Below are positions 44,617-54,533 of a stretch of DNA of 64,000 bases, in pieces. Both the position numbers and the translations under genes were made by a program. Below the pieces are notes generated by a model. The model was not told the DNA's origin, made no database searches, and was given only the letters and a program-made list of their open reading frames with translations. Numbering within the stretch: the stretch's first letter is position 1; each line of letters opens with the position of its first letter. Source of the stretch: Bacteroidota bacterium (lineage in GTDB: Bacteria; Bacteroidota; Bacteroidia; Bacteroidales; BM520); the NCBI GenBank assembly GCA_002748065.1, contig PDRJ01000026.1, positions 5,770 through 69,769 of the forward strand, written 5' to 3'.

Positions 44617-44765
44617 ACTGTTGCAAAGGTATTGTATTCTCCCGAGACTCTCCTCCTAAAAAACGTTAATGATCTCACACGTAAAAGAAAACCTTCAAAA
44701 ATTACGGCATTGTTTCACAGAGGGAGGTTCTGAAAGAGTTCGCTTATTTGAGTTGGATTCATATC

Positions 44766-44907
44766 TGTCTATAAAGTCAGCGTTTTGAGCAGCGTCTGTA
44801 TAAAAAGCTCAGATTTGAAGCTTACGAAAGCTGAATACAGGTGAGTTTACCGAGGTAAATGACCCTTTGGAAGACAAGCGTAACGAAGAAGTTGGACTTT
44901 ATGGACA
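44766..44907 (+). repeat. MITE-like repeat, full copy A (142 bp, 13-bp terminal inverted repeats)
   Basis: tgtctataaagtc...gactttatggaca. It is highly similar by eye to copies B and C and sits in tandem with copy B. Confidence 0.9.
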
Positions 44908-44921
44908 GCGCTAAGGGTGTT

Positions 44922-45062
44922 TGTCCATAAAGTCAGCGTTTTGAGAAGAGGCTGTATAGAAAGGTCGAATTCGAGGCTTGCGAAGGCTGAAATAGGTGAG
45001 TTTACCAGGGTAAATGACCATTTTGAAGACAAGCGTAACGAAGAAGTCGGACTTTCTGTACA
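44922..45062 (+). repeat. MITE-like repeat, full copy B (141 bp)
   Basis: tgtccataaagtcagcgttttgagaagaggctgtatagaa...cgaagaagtcggactttctgtaca. It is separated from copy A by a 14-bp spacer. Confidence 0.9.
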
Positions 45063-45083
45063 GCCTCTAATGGGGGATATAAA

Positions 45084-45116
45084 CAAAAAAAGGCCTTCAC
45101 CTTGACGGAGAAAGCC
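45084..45116 (-). terminator. Intrinsic terminator of rpmB
   Basis: On the minus strand: GGCTTTCTCC-GTCAA-GGTGAAGGCC (8 of 10 paired) followed by TTTTTTT, 24 nt after the rpmB stop. Confidence 0.6.
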
Positions 45117-45139
45117 ACCTTATCGTTTGAAAGAAGATT

Positions 45140-45376
45140 CTACTCCAGATGCCCTTTGGCTCTTGCTTCCTTCAGCACAGCGGAGATGCCATTTTTATCA
45201 ATCGTACGGATAGCTGCAGCCGAGACTTTCAAGGTGATCCACTTATCCTCTTCAGGAATATAAAACTTCTTGGTTTGCAAATTCGGGTAGAATTTTCTTT
45301 TAGTACGGATGTGCGAGTGAGAAACATTATTTCCTGTTATCACTTTCTTTCCTGTTATCTGACAAATACGTGACAT
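45140..45376 (-). CDS. rpmB: 50S ribosomal protein L28
   Basis: [64 protein letters not shown] is an unmistakable L28 sequence. Confidence 0.97.
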   Translation of the reverse strand: MSRICQITGKKVITGNNVSHSHIRTKRKFYPNLQTKKFYIPEEDKWITLKVSAAAIRTIDKNGISAVLKEARAKGHLE

Positions 45377-45454
45377 CGCTCTATAGTATTAATCGTTTTT
45401 CTAAAATGGAGTGCAAAATAAGGTATTATTTTTCAGAAATACAAGGGGGTATCC

Positions 45455-46753
45455 CTATTTTTTCTTCAAGAGGAGCTTTCTCAACTCATTCAACGCTTTC
45501 ACGGAAGATTGTATCATCACCTTTTCCCTATTCCCGGAAAAGAGGTTGGGAAAGACATACGTTTTATGGGCATCTGCAATTGCGATCCACACAGTTCCCA
45601 CCGGCTTTTCATCTGTTCCTCCGTCGGGACCGGCGATACCGGAGGTCGCGACGCCATAATCGCTTCCGGTAATCTCTCTAACACCCTGTGCCATGCGGCT
45701 CACCACCGGCTCACTCACGGCACCGTGGGCCGCAAGGTCTTGCGATGAAACGCCCAACAGTTTTTCCTTCAAGTGGTCACTATAGGCAACCACGCTTCCA
45801 TACACACACTGCGACGCTCCCGGCAGCGAGGTCATCAAATGGGTAAGGTAACCTCCGGTACAACTTTCGGCAAAGGCGACACTCTTCCCCTGCTGCACAA
45901 GAAGTCTCTTCACCAGCGTCTCCATAGTGTCCTGGTTGAAGCCGATGATCAACTCAGGGATCAACGCCTCTAATTTATGCACTTGAGCCATCACCTGTGC
46001 CTCCAGAGCCGCTCTATGGGTTCCGGCAGCGGAGAGGCGCAGGCGCACCATTCCAGGACGGGGAAGATAGGCAAGCTTTAAGGAAGGAGGAAGTGCCAAC
46101 TCCCAATCTTTAATTCTCTCAGCCAAAAAGGATTCGGGCAATCCATGGGTAATCACAGTATGGTGAAACAGTACCTGGTCTCCGGTGGATACCTTCAACT
46201 TTGGCAGCACAGATTCCCTCATAATCGCTTTCATCTCGAAGGGCACTCCCGGCATGGAGACCACAATAGTGCCCCCCTCCTGAAACCACATCCCGGGAGC
46301 GGTTCCCAAACGATTAGGCAGGGGCGTACAGCACTCCGGCAACATGGCCTGCGCACGATTCAAGTTGGCAAAAGAAGCGGCCTGCTCTTGCCGTACATCG
46401 CGGCTTTCACCGCACGCGCCAGCTTTGGAAGAGCGCCTATTTCCCCACAGCGCCTGGATATCATCATAAGTGGGTTGATGCCATTTGAGGGTTGTGTGAA
46501 AAAAGTCGCACAATACCCCTTTGGTAATATCATCATTGGTGGGGCCAAGCCCCCCTGTCATCAAAACTACATCCACACGTTGTACGGCGTCACGCAGGGC
46601 ATTTTTGATAGCCTCTACCCTATCTGCCACTGCTAAAACCCGCACTACTTCACAGCCAATCTCCGTCAACTCGGCTCCCATCCAGGCCGCATTGGTATTC
46701 ACCACTTGCCCTATCAGAAGCTCATCACCAATAGCAATTATTTCACATTTCAT
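45455..46753 (-). CDS. cinA: CinA-family protein (competence/damage-inducible; NMN amidohydrolase PncC-type C-terminal domain)
   Basis: MKCEIIAIGDELLIGQVVNTNAAWM.. (MoCF-like N-domain), ..NRLGTAPGMWF.., and the C-terminal ..AFAESCTGGYL...SGIAGPDGGT...GTVWIA.. The start is moved to the ATG at 46753. Confidence 0.88.
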   Translation of the reverse strand: MKCEIIAIGDELLIGQVVNTNAAWMGAELTEIGCEVVRVLAVADRVEAIKNALRDAVQRVDVVLMTGGLGPTNDDITKGVLCDFFHTTLKWHQPTYDDIQALWGNRRSSKAGACGESRDVRQEQAASFANLNRAQAMLPECCTPLPNRLGTAPGMWFQEGGTIVVSMPGVPFEMKAIMRESVLPKLKVSTGDQVLFHHTVITHGLPESFLAERIKDWELALPPSLKLAYLPRPGMVRLRLSAAGTHRAALEAQVMAQVHKLEALIPELIIGFNQDTMETLVKRLLVQQGKSVAFAESCTGGYLTHLMTSLPGASQCVYGSVVAYSDHLKEKLLGVSSQDLAAHGAVSEPVVSRMAQGVREITGSDYGVATSGIAGPDGGTDEKPVGTVWIAIADAHKTYVFPNLFSGNREKVMIQSSVKALNELRKLLLKKK

Positions 46754-46824
46754 AGGTTCCCCTTTTCGTGTCATAAAATTGGATTCTGTTTCTTATCTTT
46801 GTCCCATAAGTCTTTCGCAAAATT

Positions 46825-47709
46825 ATGAAAAAGTATCATTCATCAGAACTTGTCTTAAATGAAGAGGGCGCTGTTTATCATTTAAAATTACATCCGGAAG
46901 AGCTTGCAGAAACGGTCATCGTAGTCGGTGATCCGGGAAGGGTTCCGCAAATCAGTGGTTATTTCGACCGGATTGAGATAAAACGCCATAACAGGGAAAT
47001 CATCTCCCATACAGGATGGCTCAATGGCGTTCGGCTTACCGCCATGAGTACCGGAATGGGAACGGACAACATCGACATCATTATGAATGAGTTGGATGCC
47101 CTGGTAAATTTTGACCTGGAGAAGCGAGTGCCGAAGGAAAAGGCAGGAAAACTCCGCATCGTTCGTCTAGGCACATCGGGAGCCTTACAACCGGATATTC
47201 CGGTCAACACCTTCGTCCTCTCTCGCTACGCCATTGGACTGGATGGTCTACTCTACTTCTACGACATCCCCAGAGGGGTGATCCTTGAGGAGTTGGGAGG
47301 TAAATTCCGCGACCATGTAGCCTGGAGTAAATTTCTCCCTCACGCCTACGGGGTAAGTGCTTCGGAAACACTCTTTGCCAAGTTTCAAAGTGAACATTTC
47401 TATCCGGGCATTACCATTACAGCTCCCGGTTTTTACGGCCCACAGGGACGGGTCATGCGGTTGGGACTCCGCTACCCAGAGTTGAATCATCTAATGCAAC
47501 ATTTCACCTTTGATAACCTCAAAATCTGCAACTATGAAATGGAAACCTCCGCTCTGTATGGACTGGGCGAAGCGTTGGGGCATGAGATGTTAACCGTTTG
47601 TGTGGCCATTGCCAACCGAGCCACCGGAGATTTTGCTTCCGACTATCACAAATCCGTTAGAAAACTAATTGAGTTGGTATTGGAGAAACTCACTTCCGAT
47701 GACTTATGA
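46825..47709 (+). CDS. Nucleoside phosphorylase (PNP/UDP family 1)
   Basis: ..VIVVGDPGRV...TGMGTDNIDIIMNEL...RLGTSGAL...NYEMETSALYGL.. are family motifs. Confidence 0.75.
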   Translation: MKKYHSSELVLNEEGAVYHLKLHPEELAETVIVVGDPGRVPQISGYFDRIEIKRHNREIISHTGWLNGVRLTAMSTGMGTDNIDIIMNELDALVNFDLEKRVPKEKAGKLRIVRLGTSGALQPDIPVNTFVLSRYAIGLDGLLYFYDIPRGVILEELGGKFRDHVAWSKFLPHAYGVSASETLFAKFQSEHFYPGITITAPGFYGPQGRVMRLGLRYPELNHLMQHFTFDNLKICNYEMETSALYGLGEALGHEMLTVCVAIANRATGDFASDYHKSVRKLIELVLEKLTSDDL

Positions 47710-47804
47710 TGTTTAAGAGGCAATCGTTTTAAACGAGAGAAGCGAATAGCTTTGAGAAAAAGGATACTAAATACCGGCTCATTTTCGTTTAAAAGAGACT
47801 ATCC

Positions 47805-48683
47805 ATGGAACAAAGGAAGAACATACAGGAACTTGAGGCACTTATCGCATTGTTGGATGATCCTGAGATTTCTATATACAGAGAGGTTTCAAAACGATTA
47901 AAAAGCTATGGCTCTGATATCCTTCCCTACTTAAAAGAGGCGAGAACCCACTCCTTCAATCCACTGGTAGACTCCCGACTCCATGAGATCATTCATTACT
48001 TGCAACAGCAAAACCTTTACACTGAACTACGAAACTGGTATCTTACAGAGGAGCAAGATCTTCTCAAGGGTTTTATCCTTATCTCCAAATCACGTTACCC
48101 GGAGCTTGATGAAGATCAGCTCACCCGACAAGTAGAGCGGATTACCAAGGATGTATGGTTGGAATTGAATAAAGAGCTAACGGCTTTGGCAAAGATCCGT
48201 ATTCTCAACCATATTATCTTCCGGGTTCACGAATTTCAGGGGGATACTACACAACCCAACGCTCCTTCAAACTACTATCTCAACAACGTTCTGGAAAGCC
48301 GTAAAGGGAATCCGCTTTCATTAAGCATTCTCTACTTAACAGTAGCTCGCCGTTTAGGGATACCCCTCTATGGGATCAACCTACCCAAGCACTTTGTCCT
48401 TGGCTATGCCTCTGAAGAGAAGCGGGGAAGAGAAGTCATCATAAATGAGAAAAAGATGCGTTTTTATGTCAACCCCTTTCGGCAAGGGCAGATCTTCAGC
48501 AGTGCTGACATCTCCAATTTTCTCAAGCAGATGCAAATTAAAGAGCGGGAACACCACTTTCTCCCCTGTGAAGAGATCACCATTATCAGGAGACTCACCA
48601 TCAACCTCATTAATACCTATAAGGGCATGGGGAATACCTCTCGGGAAGAGGAGTTACGATCGTTGTACAAGGCTCTCTCTTAG
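47805..48683 (+). CDS. Transglutaminase-like / SirB1 (UPF0162) family protein with C-terminal TPR-like helices
   Basis: ..YYLNNVLESRKGNPLSLSILYLTVARRLGIPLYGINLPKHFVLGY.. matches the conserved core of this family. Confidence 0.65.
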   Translation: MEQRKNIQELEALIALLDDPEISIYREVSKRLKSYGSDILPYLKEARTHSFNPLVDSRLHEIIHYLQQQNLYTELRNWYLTEEQDLLKGFILISKSRYPELDEDQLTRQVERITKDVWLELNKELTALAKIRILNHIIFRVHEFQGDTTQPNAPSNYYLNNVLESRKGNPLSLSILYLTVARRLGIPLYGINLPKHFVLGYASEEKRGREVIINEKKMRFYVNPFRQGQIFSSADISNFLKQMQIKEREHHFLPCEEITIIRRLTINLINTYKGMGNTSREEELRSLYKALS

Positions 48684-48710
48684 GGCAGGGAGCTTATGAT
48701 TTTAAAGAGG

Positions 48711-48744
48711 TAAAGAGAGGGACGAAACAAAAACCCTCTCTTTA
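48711..48744. terminator. Hairpin between convergent genes (possible bidirectional terminator)
   Basis: taaagagaggg-(12-nt loop)-ccctctcttta, a perfect 11-bp stem between the stops at 48683 (+) and 48767 (-). Confidence 0.4.
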
Positions 48745-48766
48745 CGCCTTTAAAGGGGCATCTATT

Positions 48767-49723
48767 CTATCGTTTAAAATAGATATCCAAGAAAGTTAAA
48801 ATATTGTTTTCCACTCGTTTTTCCACATCGGAGAGAGGTACTTTCTGGAATTTCTCTCCGGTAATCTTCTCAAAAAGTTCGATATAACGATCGGAAACAG
48901 TTTCGATAAATTCAGCATCCATAGGGGGAATTTCTTGCCCCTCTTTTCCCTGGAAGCCATTATCGATAAGCCACTGACGTACAAACTCTTTTGAAAGCTG
49001 TTTCTGTTTTTCGCCCCTCTTTTGGCGCTCCTCATAGCCATCGAGGTAGAAATAGCGGGAGGAGTCCGGGGTATGGATCTCATCAATCAGGTATATTTTT
49101 CCCTGAGATTTTCCAAATTCATACTTAGTATCCACGAGAATCAGTCCCTTCTCTTCAGCCATCTCGGTTCCCCGTTGGAAGAGTGCCCGGGTATATTTCT
49201 CCAACTGGGCATACTCCTCTTCACTAACAAGGCCCTGGCGGATAATTTCTTCACGGGAGATATCCTCATCGTGGCCCTCCAAGGCTTTTGTGGTAGGGGT
49301 AATAATGGGTTCGGGAAACTTTTGGTTTTCTTTCATTCCTTCCGGCAATGGGACACCACACAGTTCACGCTTCCCGGCTTTATACTCGCGCCAGGCGTGT
49401 CCGGTGAGATAGCCACGAATCACCATCTCCACCATAAAGGGTTCGCAGTAGCGACCAAACATCACCATGGGATCGGGTGTAGCGATCTTCCAGTTAGGGA
49501 CAATATCCTCTGTGGCATCCAAAAATTTCAGGGCAATTTGATTCAATACCTGACCTTTGTAGGGGATCCCTTCAGGGAGTACGACATCGAAAGCTGATAT
49601 CCGATCGCTCACCACCATCACCATATACTGATCGGCGAGGTTATAGACATCTCTCACTTTACCTTTGTAAACACCTTCCTGTCGCGGTAGGTCAAAATTT
49701 GTTGCACGTAATGCATTTTTCAT
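48767..49723 (-). CDS. purC: Phosphoribosylaminoimidazole-succinocarboxamide (SAICAR) synthase
   Basis: ..[11 protein letters not shown]...[10 protein letters not shown]..., ..[11 protein letters not shown].. and ..[11 protein letters not shown].. mark the long-form PurC. Confidence 0.9.
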   Translation of the reverse strand: MKNALRATNFDLPRQEGVYKGKVRDVYNLADQYMVMVVSDRISAFDVVLPEGIPYKGQVLNQIALKFLDATEDIVPNWKIATPDPMVMFGRYCEPFMVEMVIRGYLTGHAWREYKAGKRELCGVPLPEGMKENQKFPEPIITPTTKALEGHDEDISREEIIRQGLVSEEEYAQLEKYTRALFQRGTEMAEEKGLILVDTKYEFGKSQGKIYLIDEIHTPDSSRYFYLDGYEERQKRGEKQKQLSKEFVRQWLIDNGFQGKEGQEIPPMDAEFIETVSDRYIELFEKITGEKFQKVPLSDVEKRVENNILTFLDIYFKR

Positions 49724-49759
49724 GGTTCTTATGTTTTGTTATTAATTCTCTTTCACAAA

Positions 49760-50740
49760 TCAAATGGAATCCTTCTCCGCCTTTTCCCTGGCGGCCTCTT
49801 TTCCATAAGCATCGATAATTCGGGTAACCAATTTATGTCTCACCACATCTTTTTCGCCCAATTTCACAAAGCTAATTCCTTGCACATCCTTCAACGTTTT
49901 CACCGACTGCACCAATCCCGAGACCTGTTTGGGAGGCAGGTCAATCTGTGTCACATCGCCAGTAATCACAAATTTAGAGGAGGGTCCCATTCGGGTCAGG
50001 AACATTTTAAGTTGATTGGAGGTTGCATTTTGGGCTTCATCCAAAATTGCGAAGGCAGCACCAAGGGTACGTCCACGCATAAAAGCGAGAGGAGCTATTT
50101 CGATAATCCCATCTTCCAGGTAGCTTGTAAGTTTTTGAGAGGGAAGCATATCACGAAGAGCATCATAAAGAGGGCGGAGATAGGGGTCAAGTTTATCCTT
50201 CAGGTCTCCGGGAAGGAACCCCAGATGTTCCCCGGCTTCGACGGCGGGACGAGTCAGAATAATTTTTCGTATCTCCCTTGCTTTAAGAGCTCTCACCGCG
50301 AGAGCCACTGCGGTATACGTTTTTCCTGTACCTGCGGGACCTATGGCAAAAAGCATATCATTTTTATCCAATGCTTCCACCATTTTACGTTGATTGGCCG
50401 TACGCGGCCTAATAACCATACCATTCCGCCCATACACCAAAACCTCATTTTTGTGTTCCTCGTCCTCATCCTTTCGCACATTTTCGAAGGTTGGAGAAAC
50501 CACCCGAGAGATCACGCCAGGGTCCAACTTCCCGTAAGTATCATACGCATGGAGAAGTCTATCAAAACAGGTCTCAAAGCGGTCCATCTCCTCCTCATTA
50601 CCGGCAATTTTCATCACTTCACCCCGTGCCACAATTTTCAACTTGGGGAAGAGTTCCCTCAAAAGGTTAAGATGAGTGTCATTGACTCCATAAATATCCA
50701 CAAGGCTATAAGAGCCCAGGCTTAAAAATCGTTCAGGCAT
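49760..50740 (-). CDS. phoH: PhoH-family ATPase
   Basis: Walker A ..AIGPAGTGKTYTAVA.., ..ILTRPAVEAGE.LGFLPGDL.. and ..ILDEAQN.. The start is moved to the ATG at 50740. Confidence 0.88.
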   Translation of the reverse strand: MPERFLSLGSYSLVDIYGVNDTHLNLLRELFPKLKIVARGEVMKIAGNEEEMDRFETCFDRLLHAYDTYGKLDPGVISRVVSPTFENVRKDEDEEHKNEVLVYGRNGMVIRPRTANQRKMVEALDKNDMLFAIGPAGTGKTYTAVALAVRALKAREIRKIILTRPAVEAGEHLGFLPGDLKDKLDPYLRPLYDALRDMLPSQKLTSYLEDGIIEIAPLAFMRGRTLGAAFAILDEAQNATSNQLKMFLTRMGPSSKFVITGDVTQIDLPPKQVSGLVQSVKTLKDVQGISFVKLGEKDVVRHKLVTRIIDAYGKEAAREKAEKDSI

Positions 50741-50965
50741 ATCCTTTCTATCTCTATGCAAAGTTAACGCAATTCTTATCAATTAATAATGTTAATTGCT
50801 TCGGTCTCCCAACTCATTACCACAAGTTCCATCTTTGGTGCTTATATTAGGAACAGCTATTGGGGTTAGAAAGTTCCCTAACATTCAATTTTTCGCCAAT
50901 TTTTCCGTTGACTTCTTCTAAGGGGTAAGAGGTTCGCACTTTTCTTGCGGACAATAATTAGCGTC

Positions 50966-51106
50966 TGTCTATAAAGTCCGACTTCTTCGTTACGCTTCTC
51001 TTCCAAAGGGTCATTTACCCTGGTAAACGCCCCTATTTCAGCCTTCGCAAGCCTCGAATTCGAACGTTCTATACAGCCGCTGCTCAAAACGCGGACTTTA
51101 TGGACA
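50966..51106 (-). repeat. MITE-like repeat, full copy C (141 bp, inverted relative to A and B)
   Basis: Its reverse complement aligns end to end with copies A and B, and the TIRs are intact (tgtctataaagtc...gactttatggaca). It lies in the divergent region between phoH and the SAM hydrolase gene. Confidence 0.9.
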
Positions 51107-51151
51107 GATACCAATTATAATCGTACTTTTGTTCTCAAACCTAACATTGTT

Positions 51152-51943
51152 ATGCAAACCATCACCCTACTCAGTGACTGGGGAATGAAAGACCCCTACC
51201 TTGCTTCTGTCAAGGGAGCCATTGTTTCTCAGATACCTGAAGCAACCCTTATTGATCTCAGCCATGAAATCACCCCCTATGATGTAACAGAGGCCTCCTT
51301 TATTCTTCGACAGGCCTATGGTAACTTTCCAAAGGGGACCATTCATCTAATTGGGATCAACACCACTGCCTCCCTTGAGACACCTCATCTTGTTGTCAAA
51401 CATGCCGGCCAATACTTTATCGGTGCAGATAATGGGATTTTCAACCTTTTGTTGGAAAATGAAGAACCCGAAGAGATTGTAGAACTTGAGATCATTCAAG
51501 AAACCCCCTTTTTTACCTTCTCCACACGGGATGTATTCATCAAAGCGGCATTACACTTAAGCCAGGGAAAACCAATGCACACATTGGGCCGCTCCAAAAC
51601 AGCCATCAATCAGCGACACTCTTTTCTCCCCGTCATTGAACCAAACAACCTAAAAGGAAAAGTGATTTACATTGACCGTTATGAGAATCTTGTCACCAAC
51701 ATCTCCATCAAGAAGTTCCAGGAGGTTGGGCAGGGGAATCCTTTCCGCATAGATCTCAGAAAGAGAAAATATACCCTAACAAACCTACATACCAGCTATA
51801 CCGATGTGGAGGAGGGGATGCCGGTTGCGCTCTTTGGCTCCCATGGGCTGTTAGAGATCGCTATTTGCATGGGCAATGCCTCCAGCCTATTGGGCATCTA
51901 CATTGACGATATGGTACGAATAGAATTCCTAAAAAACGTGTAG
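51152..51943 (+). CDS. SAM hydrolase / SAM hydroxide adenosyltransferase family protein (DUF62)
   Basis: MQTITLLSDWGMKDPYLASVKGAI... and ..GKVIYIDRYENLVTNI.. are typical of the family. Confidence 0.8.
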   Translation: MQTITLLSDWGMKDPYLASVKGAIVSQIPEATLIDLSHEITPYDVTEASFILRQAYGNFPKGTIHLIGINTTASLETPHLVVKHAGQYFIGADNGIFNLLLENEEPEEIVELEIIQETPFFTFSTRDVFIKAALHLSQGKPMHTLGRSKTAINQRHSFLPVIEPNNLKGKVIYIDRYENLVTNISIKKFQEVGQGNPFRIDLRKRKYTLTNLHTSYTDVEEGMPVALFGSHGLLEIAICMGNASSLLGIYIDDMVRIEFLKNV

Positions 51944-52036
51944 AGCGATACGTTAAACGACTATTTCCTGCTCTGTAGAAAAATATTACTTTTGTCCCGA
52001 TATAAGGATCACTAATTTTTTGCCTGAACGTTGTTT

Positions 52037-52768
52037 ATGTATTCACTTTTCAAAAAGGAGATCAACAGTTTTCTTAATTCATTTATCGGCTACATCATCT
52101 TGGTCGTATTTTTGGTGATCACCGGACTTTTTTTATGGGTCTTTCCGGTAGAGTTCAACATTCCGGATTACGGTTATGCCAACATCAATGGTCTCTTTGT
52201 CATTGGCCCTTGGGTATTTCTTTTTCTGATTCCTTCAGTAACCATGCGGTCATTTGCCGACGAACGGAAGGGGGGCACTCTGGAGCTTCTATATACCAAA
52301 CCCTTAACGGACGCACAGATTTTATACGCCAAGTACTTTGCTTCGGTGTTTTTGGTTCTCATTGCCTTACTCCCCACATTGGTTTATTACCTCTCGGTAT
52401 ATCGGCTTGGACTTCCTCCGGGCAACATTGATTCCGGGGCGGTCTGGGGTTCTTATTTGGGGCTTTTCTTTTTAGGGAGTACGTTTGTATCCATTGGTAT
52501 CTTCGCTAGTGCCCTCAGTGAGAGTCAGGTGGTCTCCTTTATCCTGGCTGTTTTCCTTTGCGGATTCATGTACATTGGTTTTGAATTTATTTATACCCTC
52601 TCTCTTTTCGGTTCATTGGACTTACTGGTTCGTTCCATGGGCATTCAAGCGCATTATGCCTCCATGAGTAGGGGTGTTGTAGACACCAGAGATCTTCTCT
52701 ATTTTTTGAGTATCATCGTGCTCTTCCTGATGCTCACCAAACTCACTATGGAACGTAGAAAGTGGTAA
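52037..52768 (+). CDS. gldF: Gliding-motility-associated ABC transporter permease GldF
   Basis: ABC-2-type six-TM permease. YSLFKKEINSFLNSFIGYIILVVFLVITGLFLWVF and ..RSFADERKGGTLELLYTKPL.. It lies immediately upstream of a GldG-like gene. Confidence 0.75.
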   Translation: MYSLFKKEINSFLNSFIGYIILVVFLVITGLFLWVFPVEFNIPDYGYANINGLFVIGPWVFLFLIPSVTMRSFADERKGGTLELLYTKPLTDAQILYAKYFASVFLVLIALLPTLVYYLSVYRLGLPPGNIDSGAVWGSYLGLFFLGSTFVSIGIFASALSESQVVSFILAVFLCGFMYIGFEFIYTLSLFGSLDLLVRSMGIQAHYASMSRGVVDTRDLLYFLSIIVLFLMLTKLTMERRKW

Positions 52769-52772
52769 TCTT

Positions 52773-54533
52773 ATGAAAAAAGGCACTATGAAAAAGAGGA
52801 ATATACAGGGGGAAAAAAGAAGAAAGAACCTGCTATCTTTCGCTACGGGTATCCTTATTCTTATCCTCATCAACATCATCAGTTCGCGATTTCACGGCCG
52901 GGTGGATCTCACAGCAGAGAAGCGTTATACCCTTTCTGATGCCACCACGGAGATGGTTAAAACATTGGATGACATTGTTTACTTCAAGATTTACCTGGAA
53001 GGCGACTTCCCCTCTGGATTTAAACGGTTGCGCAACGAGACCAAAGAGATCTTACGACAGTTTCATGCGGTCAATAACCATATCCAGTATGAATTTATTG
53101 ATCCCTCCACGGCGGGGAGTGACACCAAATCTGTCTATGAAGAGTTAATGCGAAAGGGGCTTGACCCCACGGATCTGCATGTACGGGATAAAAGTGGCCG
53201 TTCCCAAAAAATCATCTTTCCGGGAGCCATCGTCTCTTATCGACAGAAAGAGCTCCCTCTTCAACTGTTGGAGTCACAAATGGGCGTTCCTCCGGAAGAG
53301 TCGCTCAATAACTCCATTCAAAACCTGGAGTACAATATTTCCAGTGTAATTCGGCGCCTCACAGAAATAAAAAAACCTAAGATTGCCTTTATTGAAGGGC
53401 ATGGAGAGTTGAGTAGCAAAGACACCTGGGATATAGGCACCACCCTCTCTTCCTACTACCAAGTGGATAGGGTTACTATTGATGAGCAGATCAGCAACCT
53501 CACAGAACGCACAGAATCAGACAGCTTAGGAATTATCATAAGGAACAAATATAAAGCGCTTATCATTGCCCGTCCTGATACAGCTTTTTCAGAAAAAGAC
53601 AAGTTTATCCTCGACCAGTATGTGATGCGAGGGGGGAAGATTCTATGGTTCATTGACCCCATACTTACGGGCATGGATTCTCTTTCTAACTCACCCAATA
53701 CGGTAGGGCTCCCAGGGGCTTTAAATCTGGACGACCTCTTCTTCCGTTATGGTGTTCGATTTGAGAAGAAATTAGTCCTGGATCTCTCCTGTCTGCCCAT
53801 TCCGGTCACCACAGGAAGCTATGGAGGGCAACCACAAATGGAGTTCCTGAACTGGTACTACTTTCCTGTCCTCACACCACAAACATCCCATCCCATTGCA
53901 AAAAATTTAAATGTCATTCGCACAGAGTTTGTAAGCCCCATTGACACCCTTACCGTAGAGGGACTTAAACCAACCGTCCTTTTACAAACCTCAGCGTACA
54001 GCCGTCTCGCCAACAACCCTGTTTACATTAGTTTAGAGATGCTAAAAGAGGAGCCGGACAGGAGGCTCTTCAACCATGCACCTGTTCCCGTTGCCGTACT
54101 CATGGAGGGAGTCTTCCCATCCCTGTACACCAACAGACTCACGGCGACCATTCTCCAGTCCGAACTTATTAGTTTCAAGGAAAAGAGCCCCCCCTCGAAA
54201 ATGATTTTCGTTTCCGATGGCGATCTTTTAAAGAATCAGTTTCGTCCCTCTGACGGCATGCCCTTACCCACAGGGTACGATCAATATACGGGACAACATT
54301 TTGGAAACGGAGACTTTGTTCTCAATGCGGTAAACTACCTCTGCGATGACTCCGGACTAATCGACGCACGATCTCGCAACGTAACGCTTAGACTATTGAA
54401 CAGAGCCGTTATCAAAGATTCCAAACTCATAATTCAGATAATCAATGTCGTTGTGCCGGTACTTCTCATCCTAATACCGGGGCTGTTTAAGATCCTACAA
54501 AGAAGAAGAAAGTATAGTAGAAAAAAGGTATGA
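52773..54533 (+). CDS. gldG: Gliding-associated ABC transporter accessory protein GldG
   Basis: N- and C-terminal TM anchors flank a large periplasmic domain. ..DLTAEKRYTLSDATTEMVKTLDD.VYFKIYLEGDFP.. is the typical GldG / ABC_transp_aux opening. Confidence 0.75.
   Translation: MKKGTMKKRNIQGEKRRKNLLSFATGILILILINIISSRFHGRVDLTAEKRYTLSDATTEMVKTLDDIVYFKIYLEGDFPSGFKRLRNETKEILRQFHAVNNHIQYEFIDPSTAGSDTKSVYEELMRKGLDPTDLHVRDKSGRSQKIIFPGAIVSYRQKELPLQLLESQMGVPPEESLNNSIQNLEYNISSVIRRLTEIKKPKIAFIEGHGELSSKDTWDIGTTLSSYYQVDRVTIDEQISNLTERTESDSLGIIIRNKYKALIIARPDTAFSEKDKFILDQYVMRGGKILWFIDPILTGMDSLSNSPNTVGLPGALNLDDLFFRYGVRFEKKLVLDLSCLPIPVTTGSYGGQPQMEFLNWYYFPVLTPQTSHPIAKNLNVIRTEFVSPIDTLTVEGLKPTVLLQTSAYSRLANNPVYISLEMLKEEPDRRLFNHAPVPVAVLMEGVFPSLYTNRLTATILQSELISFKEKSPPSKMIFVSDGDLLKNQFRPSDGMPLPTGYDQYTGQHFGNGDFVLNAVNYLCDDSGLIDARSRNVTLRLLNRAVIKDSKLIIQIINVVVPVLLILIPGLFKILQRRRKYSRKKV

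Noticed and set aside
44847-45105. Small ORFs (79 aa minus, 62 aa plus) with a peptide recurring at 50878-51114 (..HKV.VL..GCIERSNSRLAKAEIG.FTRVND..)
   Set aside because: The recurrence is explained by DNA repeat copies. Copy A has an in-frame stop where copy B is open, and the differences between copies are not biased to third codon positions. I treat them as non-coding repeat DNA.
49736-50725. 329-aa plus-strand ORF
   Set aside because: It lies entirely antisense to the well-supported phoH gene. Its composition is low-complexity His/Phe/Ile-rich with no family features, so it is a shadow ORF.
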